Part shown: positions 36,211 to 48,385 of the stretch, one piece after another
Layout: the number at the start of each line of letters is the position of its first letter
Position numbering within the stretch: the stretch's first letter is position 1
Notes under the pieces: model-generated
Told to the model about the DNA's origin: nothing
Databases searched by the model: none
The model's input: the letters and a program-made list of their open reading frames with translations, nothing else
Source: Podospora anserina
Taxonomy: Eukaryota
Length of the DNA: 64,000 nt
Assembly (NCBI GenBank): GCA_017654855.1
Contig: CM030336.1
Coordinates: forward strand, 744,001-808,000
Reading direction: 5' to 3'
Program-made: the position numbers and the translations under genes

Positions 36211-38545
36211 TTAACACTCACATACTTTAGCATCAACAGTAACCCATCCCGACAATCCCTCGTCGTCCGAACTATCATAATTGCTCAGTGCGAACAAGAA
36301 ACTCCCGTACCCACCCGCCTCCGACATGATGCTCGCCAGCAACCGATCACGGCTCTCTGTCATTACCGCTGACTCAATGCCGTCTCCACCTACACCACTT
36401 GAACCTCCGACACAAAAGCTAGAACTACACTCAGAAATTGACATTGTTTCCCTGTAAATTCTTTCTCTGGTTCTCGAGGCTCCAGGTTCCAGCCCAGCAA
36501 CCTGGTGTGTGCTCCCTGTCCGCTTGCTGTCCTCCCGGCCCAGGACAATACGGATCTCCTTGACATTTTCCGGAGTATCAACATCCATAGGTGTATCCAG
36601 CTCCTTCGGCTCCGAGTTTCTGCTCTTCTCCGTCACCCCAGTCGTACTCGACAACCTCGATCTCCTCCTCCCTCTCCTCTCTCGTAGCTTCGATCGGCAA
36701 AATGCCACTTCCGTACTCGTACACGTCGTACACCCGCTGGTTTGGCTCTCTCCGCATTCCTCTCCCTGTTTCTCCTCGTCTTCTTGCTCGTGCCGGCGAT
36801 GGTAGATACGCTTCGGGTCCATGTAGTCAGGCGAGAACATAACTCTTCTGTAGGACGATGGCGAGTTAGACTGGTCATTGTTACTAGTGGGAACGGAAGA
36901 AAAACGGTCTTCCTCTTCTGGTGCTGGGGGAGGTGGTCTTTCCCTAGAGTTTATTGGCGGCGGCTGTGCCACCTGCCTCGTGGGCTGAGCTTGGGGTGTA
37001 GGTTGCGGAGGTGGTGCTACACCTGCTCCGATACCTACTCCGACTCCAACGGCGGTGCTGGAACCGGCGCTCACTGTCGGTGCACCGCCCGCTTCAAGGG
37101 AGGCTTGATACTCTTGAGGGGACTGGAGGCGCCGGATGAAGCCGTACTTTGCAATCTTTAGGCATGATCAGTATCCTCAGCTGAGGTACCATCACAATGT
37201 CCAACATGGTGTCTAGAAGAGAGAGAGAAGACATACCTGGTCCTCCGCTTCACTCTGCAAATCTCTTGTCTCGTACTTGGGCCAGACGATCTTGCTTGTG
37301 CAGCAAGAGACGCAAAACTCGGTCCTGTCAGGGCAGAGCGGTTTCCCAGAGTCGTTCCGTGCTCTGATCTCAGGCGGCTGTGATGTCGATCGGAACATTC
37401 CCATGAAGCCCCAACCTATCTCTCTCAAGCGGACTTCAACATCGAAATCAAAGTGAAGGTATCTTCTGAGTTCCCTAAGTCCATCCTCATTACTCCAGCC
37501 CTTCTTGTTAACTTTCAAGATACTATCAATCAAAGCCGCGTCGACTTCCCGATTGACGGTGACCGGACAGGTCATGTTCTCGTAAATCTCTGGTGTCCAC
37601 AAGTGTAATTGGGCTTCTGTCTGTCCTGACCAGTGGGCTGCTCGGTTGTAGGGCCATGTCCGAGAACTGCGGTGTCGGCACTCGCGATGCCTTCGACAGG
37701 AACAGCCGCTGACGTGGGAAGATGAGACGCGAAATGAGGACTCGGATGGTTCTGGAACTGGGCAGGCAAACGGGAGGCCGAGCAGCGAGGTTATAGTTGG
37801 CCGGTAGGAGTCGCGACAGTCGGATCGAGGCTGGGGGTAAGTTTCGTAGGTGAGGGACTTGCGCCAGCTCCGAAGCTTGCGCTCGTAGGTGACCTTGCTG
37901 GCATGCTGAGCATGGGCCGTGAAAGCTGGGAGGGGGTGTCCGACACCTGTGGCGGTGACTCCGGCTGTCAAGTCGGTTGATACGCCGCTTTCATTGCGCA
38001 TGGCGATGTCCGAAACAACATCATCGCCCTTGGGCAGAACGTCATGGCGCTCGCCGCTGCGGTAGAGATAGCGAACGTTGACCGAGTCGAAGATGCGGTT
38101 GTGCCGTTGGAGTCTAGTTGTGTCAGTAAATTTCGGTCAATCTGAATCTCAAAGCAGTGCCATACTCTCCGGTCGATCGATTGATGTTGAACTGCAGCTT
38201 GAAACTGACAATGATTCGATAGACAGGTCTTGCGCTGGGATCTCCACAATTGTAGGTGCCAGATCGCTCAATCCGCATCACGGGTTCCAGCACGCTGACA
38301 GAGGCATAGACGCCCTTTCCCCCTTGGATATTCTCTTCGAGAGTGACTGGATGAATATGTGAAAGGAGAATGGGCGGCTGCTGAGGTGGCTGGGCTGGTC
38401 GAGAAGCGGGAGGAGGGCCACTGGCTGGCGGTTGTTCTGGGTCAGGGCAGGCATACTGGCGCTCTGGAGACCTCTTGCACGACCTGCGTCGCCGTCTCGA
38501 TCTCTCGTTGCGACGGTAGCGATAAGACTCGTAGTTCTCGGACAT
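36211..38545 (-). CDS. Hypothetical protein, 3 exons
   Basis: ORFs 38123..38545, 37213..38001 and 36211..37074 join in frame through introns 38114..38165 (RSTGE|LQRHNRIFDSVNVRY) and 37156..37236 (EDQ|IAKYGFIRRL). Both introns have GTATG donors and CTGA(C/T) branch sites. Confidence 0.7.
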
Positions 38546-39081
38546 TCGAAATCAGATCACTGTTGGACGTGATGGCTGCATTCATGATGGAGAAATCAGA
38601 AGAGTATATGCGCGGTAAAGGCCGGTTAGGTAGGGGTGGATCATGGTTTTTATTCTCTATTTTACAGCGACTGGACGATATCTGGTGGCCAAGGAACATG
38701 TCGACTGAGGGTTGAGAAAATCACCAGGCGAGAGTAGCCAAACTTTATGACAGACAGCGTGTGTTGTTTAATTTTAGCTAGCATCAAAAGTCAAAATTAC
38801 CTGACTGGAGGTCGGTTCGTTTCCCGTATAGCCGCGGGTAATTTGCAGCCAAGACGTTGAAGAACCGGGCCCCGATGCCTCGTGAGTCGTGAGTCGTGAT
38901 GCACGCCATCAACGAACACCCAAGAGTCCAAGACGGGCGCCAATGCTTGAGCAACCTAATTTTGACGACTGACCGTTGAAAAATAGCAGGTGCAGGGCTG
39001 GTAGGGCTAATAGGGTCGGTGATAATGCAGCCCTGTGATTCTTGGCAAATTCGGCGTCGCCTGACCCTTATACCCATGAGA

Positions 39082-39122
39082 GCTGGGCGATGTTTGGGGG
39101 CTGGGCGATGTTTGGGGGCTGG
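39082..39122. repeat. 18-bp tandem duplication
   Basis: gctgggcgatgtttgggg twice, followed by gctgg. Confidence 0.8.
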
Positions 39123-40910
39123 TGTTGACGACGAGGAATGTTTCGTGCCGCCAGCATGAACAGCTATTCAACATTTGGCCGACATCATCACACCCTGCAG
39201 TTTCGGAATACCGGAAATCAAAACAAAAAAAGATATCATATGAACGCATGATGGAAGTGAAAGGAAAAATTGAGACGAACTGCCATCCAGAGTGGCCGGC
39301 ATATAGCTGTGTTGTGGCATTGGACTTTGACATTAGCCACCTTGAAGTTGACTCGACGTTGATTCAACGTTGGATCTCCAGACTTCCCCAGATGTTGATT
39401 ACCGTATTCCCCATGTGTGATCAGATCTGGACTGGCCGGGTCCGGGGAAATCTTGGCCCATCCGTCAACCCCAGAGGGAAAAGAGCCGACCGTGCATTGC
39501 GCAACAACTCGCGCCGTCCATGGCCATCCAGGATGAGGCTCCAAATTCTGCATCTGATGCTGTCCCTGCCCTCTTCCAGGATTGGGCCTGCTTCTTTTTT
39601 TTTTTGCCTGAATTGGATGAATCCAAGAACGAGTCGAGCACCAGCGCTCGGCTATCTCCGCGAAAGCCGAGTCATGGTCGGGATACCAGCTCCACCACAC
39701 ACCCCCATGGTCATCCACAATATCACCGAATCGACACCGCTCTTGATCATCACCACAGCCGTCCAGCGACCTCAGCTGAGTTTTTCGCTGCATTTGACCT
39801 CAAAAATATTTGATCTCGTGATGTTCAATGGGCTGACAGAAAGGACCAGACGCAATCCAAATACAGGAACGCCATGCTGAACAGGGCACGGTGGAATTAT
39901 CAATGGCAGAATCTTCAACGAAGCTTGAACCCTTCCAATGAGAATCAACCTGGGCTTTTTTTGCAGCGAATTCCCGAAGCAGGGTGGGCAGTGGGAACCC
40001 TGAGCTAGGCCAGAGCATGGAACAAAGTCGACATGTGATCCCGGCATTCTCAACGGTCTCTCCCCGACCGGATAAACACCACAACGGCTCGCTGGAACCA
40101 CCGATATACGCATCCTATTACAGAGACACATTTGAAATCGAACATCTGAACGACAACAAATTGAGTTCAAGGCATGTAGTAGGTAGACCCCTTACATCGG
40201 CAGTGCTATGAAGGCCTGGAGGTTTGGATGCCGGGATGAAATTCGACATCCTCGCCACTCCCGATATCTGGATCCGTGTCAGGCTGGATAGGCCCGAGAA
40301 TATGGCCGCTTCAAGAGGAAGAAACAAAACCCACCCACAAACGTCATCTCAATGTCTGATCCAGAGCGTTGGAGCTCTCTCGGGCCTTCCGAGTTCGTCC
40401 GAACTTTGGCTTTTCTCTCCGCAAAAACCATCCCCGCGGCAAGGTCCAACCCCAGATATGCACAGGGGCAAGTGGAGAGGCTCAACTGCCTGGGACGAAG
40501 CCACAGGCCACGAGGACAGCAAAAAGACTTCACAGAACATGGGGTGTTGTGGAGGGATTCACCGGGGTAGTCGGGGTAGGGTCAGGGTCGAAGGTTCGTC
40601 GAAGCTCATGAGAGCAAAGGTATATTATCCCCTTCCCCAGGAGCCATCACCGGCAAGTGTTCCTCTTTCTCATATTCCTGTATCATTCGACACAGAGGCT
40701 GAGACTCAGACATTCCCGCTGCCAAGGGTTTGGAATTATTTGAAGTATTTATCACCTGCTTCATACCTCGTCTCAGTCCTCCCTTACCTCCCGTCCGGTT
40801 CTCATTGTCTCACCCTATCACCGACGACAACCACCGACCCTAAAACACCAACACTCACCCTCCTCCACCTACCATCTCAACACCAGCACAACCGCCTCAA
40901 CTCAGTCAAC

Positions 40911-42586
40911 ATGCCCGGTGGCGCGGCTCCCCCCGTTGGGGCTGACCCCCTCAGGGTCGAAGCCCCCGTAACCATGAAGGCGTACCTGATGTGCGTCTTC
41001 GCCGCCTTTGGTGGTATCTTCTTCGGTTACGACTCTGGTTACATCGCCGGTGTGATGGGCATGGACTTCTTCATCAAGACCATCGAAGGCCCCGGTGCTC
41101 TCGTTCTCCCCGCCTGGAAGAAATCTCTCATCACCTCTATCTTGTCTGCTGGTACCTTCTTCGGTTCGCTCGCCGCTGGTGATCTGGCCGATTGGATTGG
41201 TCGCAAGTTCACTGTCATCTTGGGTTGCATGGTCTTTATCGTCGGTGTGGTCCTCCAAACCGCCTCCGCCTCTCTCGGCTTGATCGTCGCTGGTAGACTC
41301 GTCGCCGGTTTCGGTGTGGGTTTCGTCTCGGCCATCATCATTCTCTACATGAGCGAAATCGCCCCTCGCAAGGTTAGAGGCGCCATCGTTTCCGGATACC
41401 AGTTCTGCATCTGCATCGGTCTGCTTCTTGCCAGCTGCGTCAATTATGGCACCCAGGACCGCGATGACAGCGCCAGCTACCGTGTCCCTATCGGTCTTCA
41501 GATGGCTTGGGCTTTGATTCTCGCCGGCGGTTTGGCTCTCCTTCCCGAGTCGCCCAGATTCTTCGTTCGCAAGGGCCAGCTCGACAAGGCGCGTGTCACT
41601 CTCGCCAGACTGAGAGATCAGCCTCTTGATTCCGAGTACATCCGCGATGAGCTTGCCGAGATCATTGCCAACCACGAGTACGAGACTAGCATTGCGCCCG
41701 TCGGCGGCTACTGGTCCGCCTGGATGGTCTGCTTCCAGGGCTCCATCTTCAACAGCAGCAGCAACCTCCGCCGCACTGTCCTCGGCACCTCCCTCCAGAT
41801 GATGCAGCAGTGGACCGGCTGCAACTTTGTCTTTTACTTCGGCACCACCTTCTTCCAGCAGCTCGGCACAATCTCCAACCCCTTCCTCATTTCCCTCATC
41901 ACCACCCTCGTCAACGTCTGCTCTACTCCCATTTCCTTCTGGAGCATGGAGAGAGTCGGCCGGAGACCTCTTTTGATCTGGGGCGCCCTGGGCATGGTTA
42001 TCTGCCAGTACATTGTCGCCATCATCGGCACCGTCAAGCCCGACGACGACAACTGCGTCAAGGCCATGATTGCCTTCATCTGCATTTACATCTTCTTCTT
42101 TGCCACCACCTGGGGCCCCGGCGCCTGGGTTGTCATTGGCGAGGTCTTCCCTCTGCCCATGCGCGCCAAGGGTGTGGCTCTTTCCACTGCTTCCAACTGG
42201 CTCTGTATGTGTTCCCCTCTTACCTCCCCATTACCATACCCCATAGACACAGCGCTAACCAGACCCCAAAAACAGGGAACTGCATCATCGCCGTCATCAC
42301 CCCCTACATGGTCGACTCGGACAAGGGTAACCTCGGCGCCAAGGTCTTCTGGATCTGGGGCAGCTTGTGCTGCTGCTGCTTCCTCTACGCCTTCCTCCTC
42401 GTGCCCGAGACCAAGGGTCTCACGCTCGAGCAGGTCGACCAGATGCTCAACGAGACCACGCCCCGTACTTCTGCCCGCTGGGTCCCCCACAGCACCTATG
42501 CTGGCGGTGAGAAGGCCGAGAAGTCGGTGCAGCATCACGAGGAGAAGGTTACTCCTTCTGGGAGCGATGGAGAGAGCCAGGTTTAA
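40911..42586 (+). CDS. MFS sugar porter (monosaccharide transporter), 2 exons
   Basis: FGGIFFGYDSG, DWIGRK, YMSEIAPRKVRG, PESPR, QQWTGCNF, ERVGRR, WGPGAW, PETKG. Intron 42205..42275 (SNWL|WNCII). Confidence 0.95.
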
Positions 42587-43025
42587 GTTGGCCAACTCGG
42601 GTGTTGGGAATCAAATCATAATTCGGTGTTTTTGGGTTTTACATACCATTTTTATTAGCTAGTTTGTTTCTTTTTGCGATACCATCATCATCGGGTACTA
42701 TGGAGGCGGGACTTTGGATATCAAAAAGGCTATCTGGAGGGTGTAATACCATGAATAATTAGCGCATGACTTGAATGAGAATTTGAATCAAGAATAATCT
42801 CAATACTTTTTCTGCTCGCCTTGAGATGCTTGCACGTTCTATCTCGGGAGTCATTCCACAACATTGTTCCTCTAAGGAAAACCATCCTGGGTCTTTACCT
42901 ACACCAGCGTCTCTGTGACTTGTGCAAAGCATATCATCGAACAAAAAAAGGAAAATGACATGACACCAAACATTTCAAAAATGTCTGCAGAAAAGATAGC
43001 AAAAACACCAAAAAGAAAAGATGAG

Positions 43026-43115
43026 TGCGGTTTATGTGGATCGAACACATGACCTTCAGATTGACTTCCTGAAGTTGACTTCAGTCTGACGCTCTCCCAA
43101 CTGAGCTAAACCCGC
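43026..43115 (-). tRNA. tRNA-Phe(GAA) with 17-nt intron
   Basis: Minus strand reads GCGGGTT TA GCTCAGTTGGGAGAGC G TCAGA CT GAA G [TCAACTTCAGGAAGTCA] A TCTGA AGGTC ATGTG TTCGATC CACAT AAACCGC A. Confidence 0.95.
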
Positions 43116-43441
43116 TTGTGTCGTTGTGTTACAACGGAAGAATTGCGACTAATATCAATGGGCTGTAGAGCTGGGCTTGGAGGGCTTACCCCTGAATAGG
43201 GGCTTGGCGGGAAGATGTTTTTTTTTTTTGAGGGTTTATGCCTTTTGTGAGTAAGAAGTGTTGTTGTTTTTTTATATTTTTTTTTTTAGATCTGAAGTCG
43301 AATTCTTTTGGCATCAAAGATGAGGATGGAATACAAGCGCAGTTTGGATACTTCTTTTCATTCACCCCTATTCAACCCTTATAAGCTGACTGCATCAATC
43401 CAGCATTTCATGGCAGTTCCAAAAAAAATTTCCTAGAATTC

Positions 43442-45844
43442 TCACACCCTCTCAATCGCAGGGGGCTCCTGTCCCTTAGGAGGCTTGGGCCACCGATCCA
43501 ACACCACACCCCCCTTCTGCGCCGCCTTCCCCTTCCCTTTCACCTTCCCTTTACCCTTTCCACCCCTCACAATCTCAAACCTCAACCTCGCCTTCGGCGG
43601 CTCATCCAATGAAACCTCATACTTCCCCGGATAAACAACCGTATTCCCCTCCTCATCATGTCTCGCCAAATTCCCCAAATTCCATTTCAGCCCCCCCTCC
43701 CTCTTCTCCCCACCCTTTACCCCCCTCAACCTCGTAAACGCCCCCAAAGTCTTGATCGGCCACGGCCCCGGCCCAACCCCCGGCGCTGATACAAACGCCA
43801 AAGCGACATAATCCGACGTCCGATTCCCCCTGTTCTCCACCACGACCGGCAAGTCCGGCAGCGGGCAGGTGTCAAGATACTTGTCATCACACCCCTCCAG
43901 AACCTCATCAACATCAATAACCGCCGGAAACTTCTTGCCAAACTTGGGCGAGAAGGTCGTGTAGTGCAGCCCGAAACCGAAGGCCTGCACAGGGGTCTTG
44001 TACCACCTGTACGTCCTCCCAAGCTGGCTATTACCCGCTGATGGCCGGAGCGCCATGTCCGTCATGGGGACCAGCTCGGTGAAGTTGCTCGGATACTGCG
44101 TCACTGGCAGCCTTCCCGCGGGGGACTTTAGCCCCGTGACCAACTCCATCACTGCCGTCCCGCCGTCTTGGCCTGGCCAGTTGGCCCAGAGGATGGCGTT
44201 GATTTTGGGGTTAGATAGCAAAGGTGTGTTGTCTAGTTGGTCGCCCATTTGGAGGACGATCAGAGGTTTGCTGAGGGTGGTCAAGAGGTTGATGAGAGAT
44301 AGTTGAGCCCCTGGCCAGTCGAGGTCATACCGATCTTTTGTCTCACCCGCCGCGGAGGTGTCGATCCCCCCGAAATAGAGGATGTAATCCGCGTCTTTTG
44401 CCGCGGCCATCGCGTTGTCAGTCCAGGATTGGTTGGAGGCGAGATCAGAGTGGAGGATGGGACCAGAGGCGGTGGAAAAGGGGATGCCGAGCTGGGAGGC
44501 GGCGTAGGCTGGGGTGTGGAGGTAGGCTGCCGTGCCGGAGTACCCTCCCCGAAGCTTGTCTTTGGCGTCGGACCAGAAGCCGATCATGGCGACTTTTTTG
44601 GGGCGGCTCTTGTCGAGGAGGTCAGACAACGGGAGTGTCCCGTCGTTTTTGAGGAGGACGGTGCCATCGACTGCAGCTTGGAGGGATAGTTTCTGGGCGG
44701 AGGGTTTGTTGACGTCTGCCCAGCCGAGGGAGGAATACAAAGACTGCTTTCCGTCAAAGTAACCTGCTCTGACTATCCCTTCGTATAATCGGAGAAGCGC
44801 GCGATCAACGGTGGATTCCTTCAGGAGGCCTTGGGACCACGCCCCCGGGATGTCAGAGGAACCCTCATACTCGCAGCTTGTATCCATGCCCGCTTCAAAC
44901 GAGATCGCCGTGCCCTCCGCGTTGGTGGCCGCATATTTGTGATTCAGAGAAACATCCAAAACAGCCTCGCAATCGCTAGTAATGTAATTGTTATGTTCTG
45001 TCCAGTTCCAGTGCTCCCTCAAGATTGTCTGCAGCAGATAAGGGCTCGCACACGACGGCACGCCGTTGACCGCGTTGTAGGCACACATGATGGAGCCCAC
45101 TCTCGAGTCCCGAACACACTGCTGGAACGGCATGAAGTAATACTCGGCCATATCCTGCAACGAAATCTTCGCATTGAAGTTATGCCTGGTAGCACCGTTC
45201 CAGTCCTCAAAGTCGTTAGCTGCGTAATGTTTGCAGGTTGCAACCACTCTTCGCTCTTTTTCCGGCACGGGACCCTCCAGGCCTTTGATCATGGCTGCAG
45301 CATAGCGCTTGACCAACAGGACATCCTCTCCTGGTGTTTCCGATCCCCGACCCCAGCGCGGGTCTTTGAAGGGGTTGACATTGGGTGTCCAGTAGTCGAG
45401 GCCCGAGAAGCCAGCGTTGCCAAAGGCTCGACCTTCGATGCCGATGACTTCGGCAATCTTCTCCAGCAGCTCATCGTCAAAGGTGGCCGCCATGAGCAGG
45501 GGCATGGGGAAGGAGGTGGAAGAGTTGAAGGGGCCATCGCCCTGCCAGAACTGAGTGCCAGGTGCGTAGGCCACGCCATGCAGAGCCTCACTCCACCAGT
45601 TGTAAGCAGGAAGCCCGATCCGAGGTGCCCCCAGTGACTTGCTAACGATGTTTTGAAGTTTCTCCTCCGGGGTCAGGGCGGCAACGAGGGCGGCAGCTCT
45701 TTCAGGAGGTGAAAGAGTGGTATTGCAGACTTGGTTCGTAGAAAGGAGGTCATCGACACAGTTGGGATAAAACTGGAAGGGGAGGTCAATGGCCCGGACA
45801 ACAGCCGACGTGAGGCTTGCGCCCCAGAAAACGGACGACTTCAT
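43442..45844 (-). CDS. Secreted GH3 beta-xylosidase (XlnD/Bxl-like)
   Basis: Signal peptide MKSSVFWGASLTSAVVRA; WWSEALHG, DPRWGRGSETPGED, CKHYA, nucleophile motif ITSDC, PAGRLPVTQYP, FGFGLHYTTF. No introns. Confidence 0.95.
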   Translation of the reverse strand: MKSSVFWGASLTSAVVRAIDLPFQFYPNCVDDLLSTNQVCNTTLSPPERAAALVAALTPEEKLQNIVSKSLGAPRIGLPAYNWWSEALHGVAYAPGTQFWQGDGPFNSSTSFPMPLLMAATFDDELLEKIAEVIGIEGRAFGNAGFSGLDYWTPNVNPFKDPRWGRGSETPGEDVLLVKRYAAAMIKGLEGPVPEKERRVVATCKHYAANDFEDWNGATRHNFNAKISLQDMAEYYFMPFQQCVRDSRVGSIMCAYNAVNGVPSCASPYLLQTILREHWNWTEHNNYITSDCEAVLDVSLNHKYAATNAEGTAISFEAGMDTSCEYEGSSDIPGAWSQGLLKESTVDRALLRLYEGIVRAGYFDGKQSLYSSLGWADVNKPSAQKLSLQAAVDGTVLLKNDGTLPLSDLLDKSRPKKVAMIGFWSDAKDKLRGGYSGTAAYLHTPAYAASQLGIPFSTASGPILHSDLASNQSWTDNAMAAAKDADYILYFGGIDTSAAGETKDRYDLDWPGAQLSLINLLTTLSKPLIVLQMGDQLDNTPLLSNPKINAILWANWPGQDGGTAVMELVTGLKSPAGRLPVTQYPSNFTELVPMTDMALRPSAGNSQLGRTYRWYKTPVQAFGFGLHYTTFSPKFGKKFPAVIDVDEVLEGCDDKYLDTCPLPDLPVVVENRGNRTSDYVALAFVSAPGVGPGPWPIKTLGAFTRLRGVKGGEKREGGLKWNLGNLARHDEEGNTVVYPGKYEVSLDEPPKARLRFEIVRGGKGKGKVKGKGKAAQKGGVVLDRWPKPPKGQEPPAIERV

Positions 45845-46565
45845 GGCTGCAACATGAACGAAGTGCCAGATTGCATCGAGAGGGGAATGCACAGCATCAT
45901 CACCTCAATATAAAGACCATGGTGACAGTCCAACATGGAATAACACCACACCGACATGAACCGACATGAAGATCGGGAAGTTGACGATCTCTGGTAACTT
46001 GAGATATTAACCACTATAATACCCGCTCCCCACTACTCTGCAGTGCCATCGTCCGGGTTCCTGTCCCGGTGCTTCGGGGACGGCTGGGTCTCAAGCGCCG
46101 GCGCTTTATTGGAGCGCGTCTATCTCGGGGTAACATAGTCGGGATGCAACCTTGACGATCTTGATTGACGAGAACGAGACACCGTTAATTTTTACCCAGG
46201 TTCCTGGGCTCATAGAAAGGAAATCTGCCTTGTTGGTGCGCGTAGCCTAGACGCCGGTGTGTGCTTATGTATGCCGATACGTGGAGATGGATAAAAAGAG
46301 GCAATCAATATTCATCCGGCGAGCTCCTGCTACTTCTTCCCACACAACCCAAGTGGAGCGCTTGCTACCTGGCTGCCCGTCATCAACGGTGGCAACAAGA
46401 AGAGGGGTTTGTAGGACCGGAAGAATGGATGGTATTGCCGGAGGTCCGCTGGATAATTCATCGACAGCAACATGTTGAAGACGAGCGTGAACAAATAAAC
46501 GCCAGCACCATCTACGCAATGGAAGCTCAGGGTCCACCGAACACCGAGCTCTGCTACCCGCAGCC

Positions 46566-47839
46566 ATGCTTCCAAGCCTTCTCTCGTGTGTTCTGAGTGT
46601 CGGGGCTCTGACAGCCTCGACGTTGGCCCAAGGGTCAGAGACAGACCCGGCACCATTCACCACCTTCGGTCAACGGATCATCTACGACCCCCCCGAGGGC
46701 CACAGGGCTTCGTACCCACGACATATCGAACTAGAGGATGGAACTCTCCTGGTTACTAGCACAGTTCTCGGGTCCAACTTCTTCACCCCCTCTGCAGCCT
46801 TCCCCGTGTTCGAGAGCAAGGATGGCGGCGTGAACTGGGAATGGGTCTCCAACATCACTGACCAAGTCAATGGCTGGGGGATGTCTGCTCAGCCAGCATT
46901 GCTTGAACTGACGGCTCCTTTGGCTGGCTTCGAGGCTGGCACTATTCTGGCGTCAGGAAACAGCTGGAGCGCCAACGGCACCCGTATCGACTTGTATGCG
47001 TCGACAGACAAGGCTCGGTCCTGGTAGGTTTTCTGGTCCTGTGTTTGTCGTCAACGTGGGGACCAATGCTGACATCACCATTCGCAAGGTCCTTTGTGTC
47101 AAATGTCGCTGCTGGCGGCAGGCCGAACACCACAAACGGTGCTGACCCTATCTGGGAGCCCTTCCTCTTGGTCCACAACGACGAGCTGATCGTCTACTAC
47201 TCGGACCAGCGCGACCCTCTTCACGGCCAAAAGCTGGCTCACCAGCGATCAACTGATCTGAAGACATGGGGTCCTGTGGTGAATGACGTTGCGTATGACG
47301 AGTATCTGGCCCGGCCCGGCATGACTGTCGTCGCCTACATCGCGCCCTTGAAACAGTGGATTCTAGTGTATGAGTTCCCGGTTGGCAACTCTTCATCCCA
47401 CGGCGTCAACTATCCCGTCTACTACCGTCTTGCACCGGACCCAACCAAGTTCGACGAGGCGCCTGGGATTCCGATTGTCATTGAAGGCAAGGTCGCGCCG
47501 AACGCGTCGCCTTATGTGGTCTGGTCGCCTTACCCCGGCGGCAACGGCACCATCATTGTGAGTGACGCGGATCGGGATGAGCTATATTCGAACCAGTTTG
47601 GTGGTGATCCCGACAAGTGGGAGATGCACCCTTGCAGCCAACCCAGTGCCTACTCCAGGGCGTTGCATGTGTTCAACAAGTATCCGGAGCACCTGATGGT
47701 TCTCGGCGCGGCCATCTTCGACGGCGGGCCTGATGAGCTGAGCTTGAGTGTGTTAAGCTTGCCCGAGTTGTTGAAGAACAAGGTCAATATCGATGAGTGG
47801 CTTGCTGGCCAAAACAAGACACAGCCTGGAAACGAGTAG
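46566..47839 (+). CDS. Secreted GH93 exo-alpha-1,5-L-arabinanase-like protein (Asp-box beta-propeller), 2 exons
   Basis: Signal peptide; Asp boxes FESKDGGVNW and YASTDKARSW; IWEPFL, YYSDQRD, RPGM, ILVYE, SPYVVW, AYSR. Intron 47024..47088. Confidence 0.88.
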
Positions 47840-48385
47840 GAGTCAGAGCGGAGTCGGAAAATCTGTAGATGCCTATAGTCCGAGATACTGAATAGATGGG
47901 AATTGTTGAGGGAGCCCAGATTGAGCCACAGCAGCCAATCGGAGAATTTTTGGCTGTCGACATGTATTCGCGGCCTGCCACGCGTGCAAGGGTGATGGCA
48001 ACGGACGCCACAGCTCAGCCTCAATTATGACATCAGTGCCGGAGCACTCCCACGTGCCGTGCAATCACGATACTGTAGATAGATGCAAACAGAAGGACAT
48101 CGAGGTCGACCTTCTGATACAAAGCCACAAGCTTCGTGTTCCCTCCGCCTGGCAACAGTGCTTGGAACCATCTCAGCATCTCAGACGTTGGAGTATAAAG
48201 TAGCAAGCACGCAAGCAAACCACCCCGCTTCTTGGAACTTCCACGTTCTTGGACATTCCGGCAACTAACCCACCAGTAGGAGTTGACACAGCCGCTGATC
48301 TGCCAATCTCCCGCCCAACCCAGATTGATTTACACTGCGACCATCTTCCAAGTCTCCTCCAAGTCAGAAATACCGAATCATCATC

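Noticed and set aside
39007-40170. ORFs of 100-250 aa on both strands
   Set aside because: No motifs, homopolymer runs and no consistent splice model; cannot be supported as genes.
40224-40910. 230-aa N-terminal extension of the sugar porter in the ORF track
   Set aside because: TTG start and non-protein-like sequence; ATG 40911 has a good context (GTCAACATG) and matches where the family normally begins.
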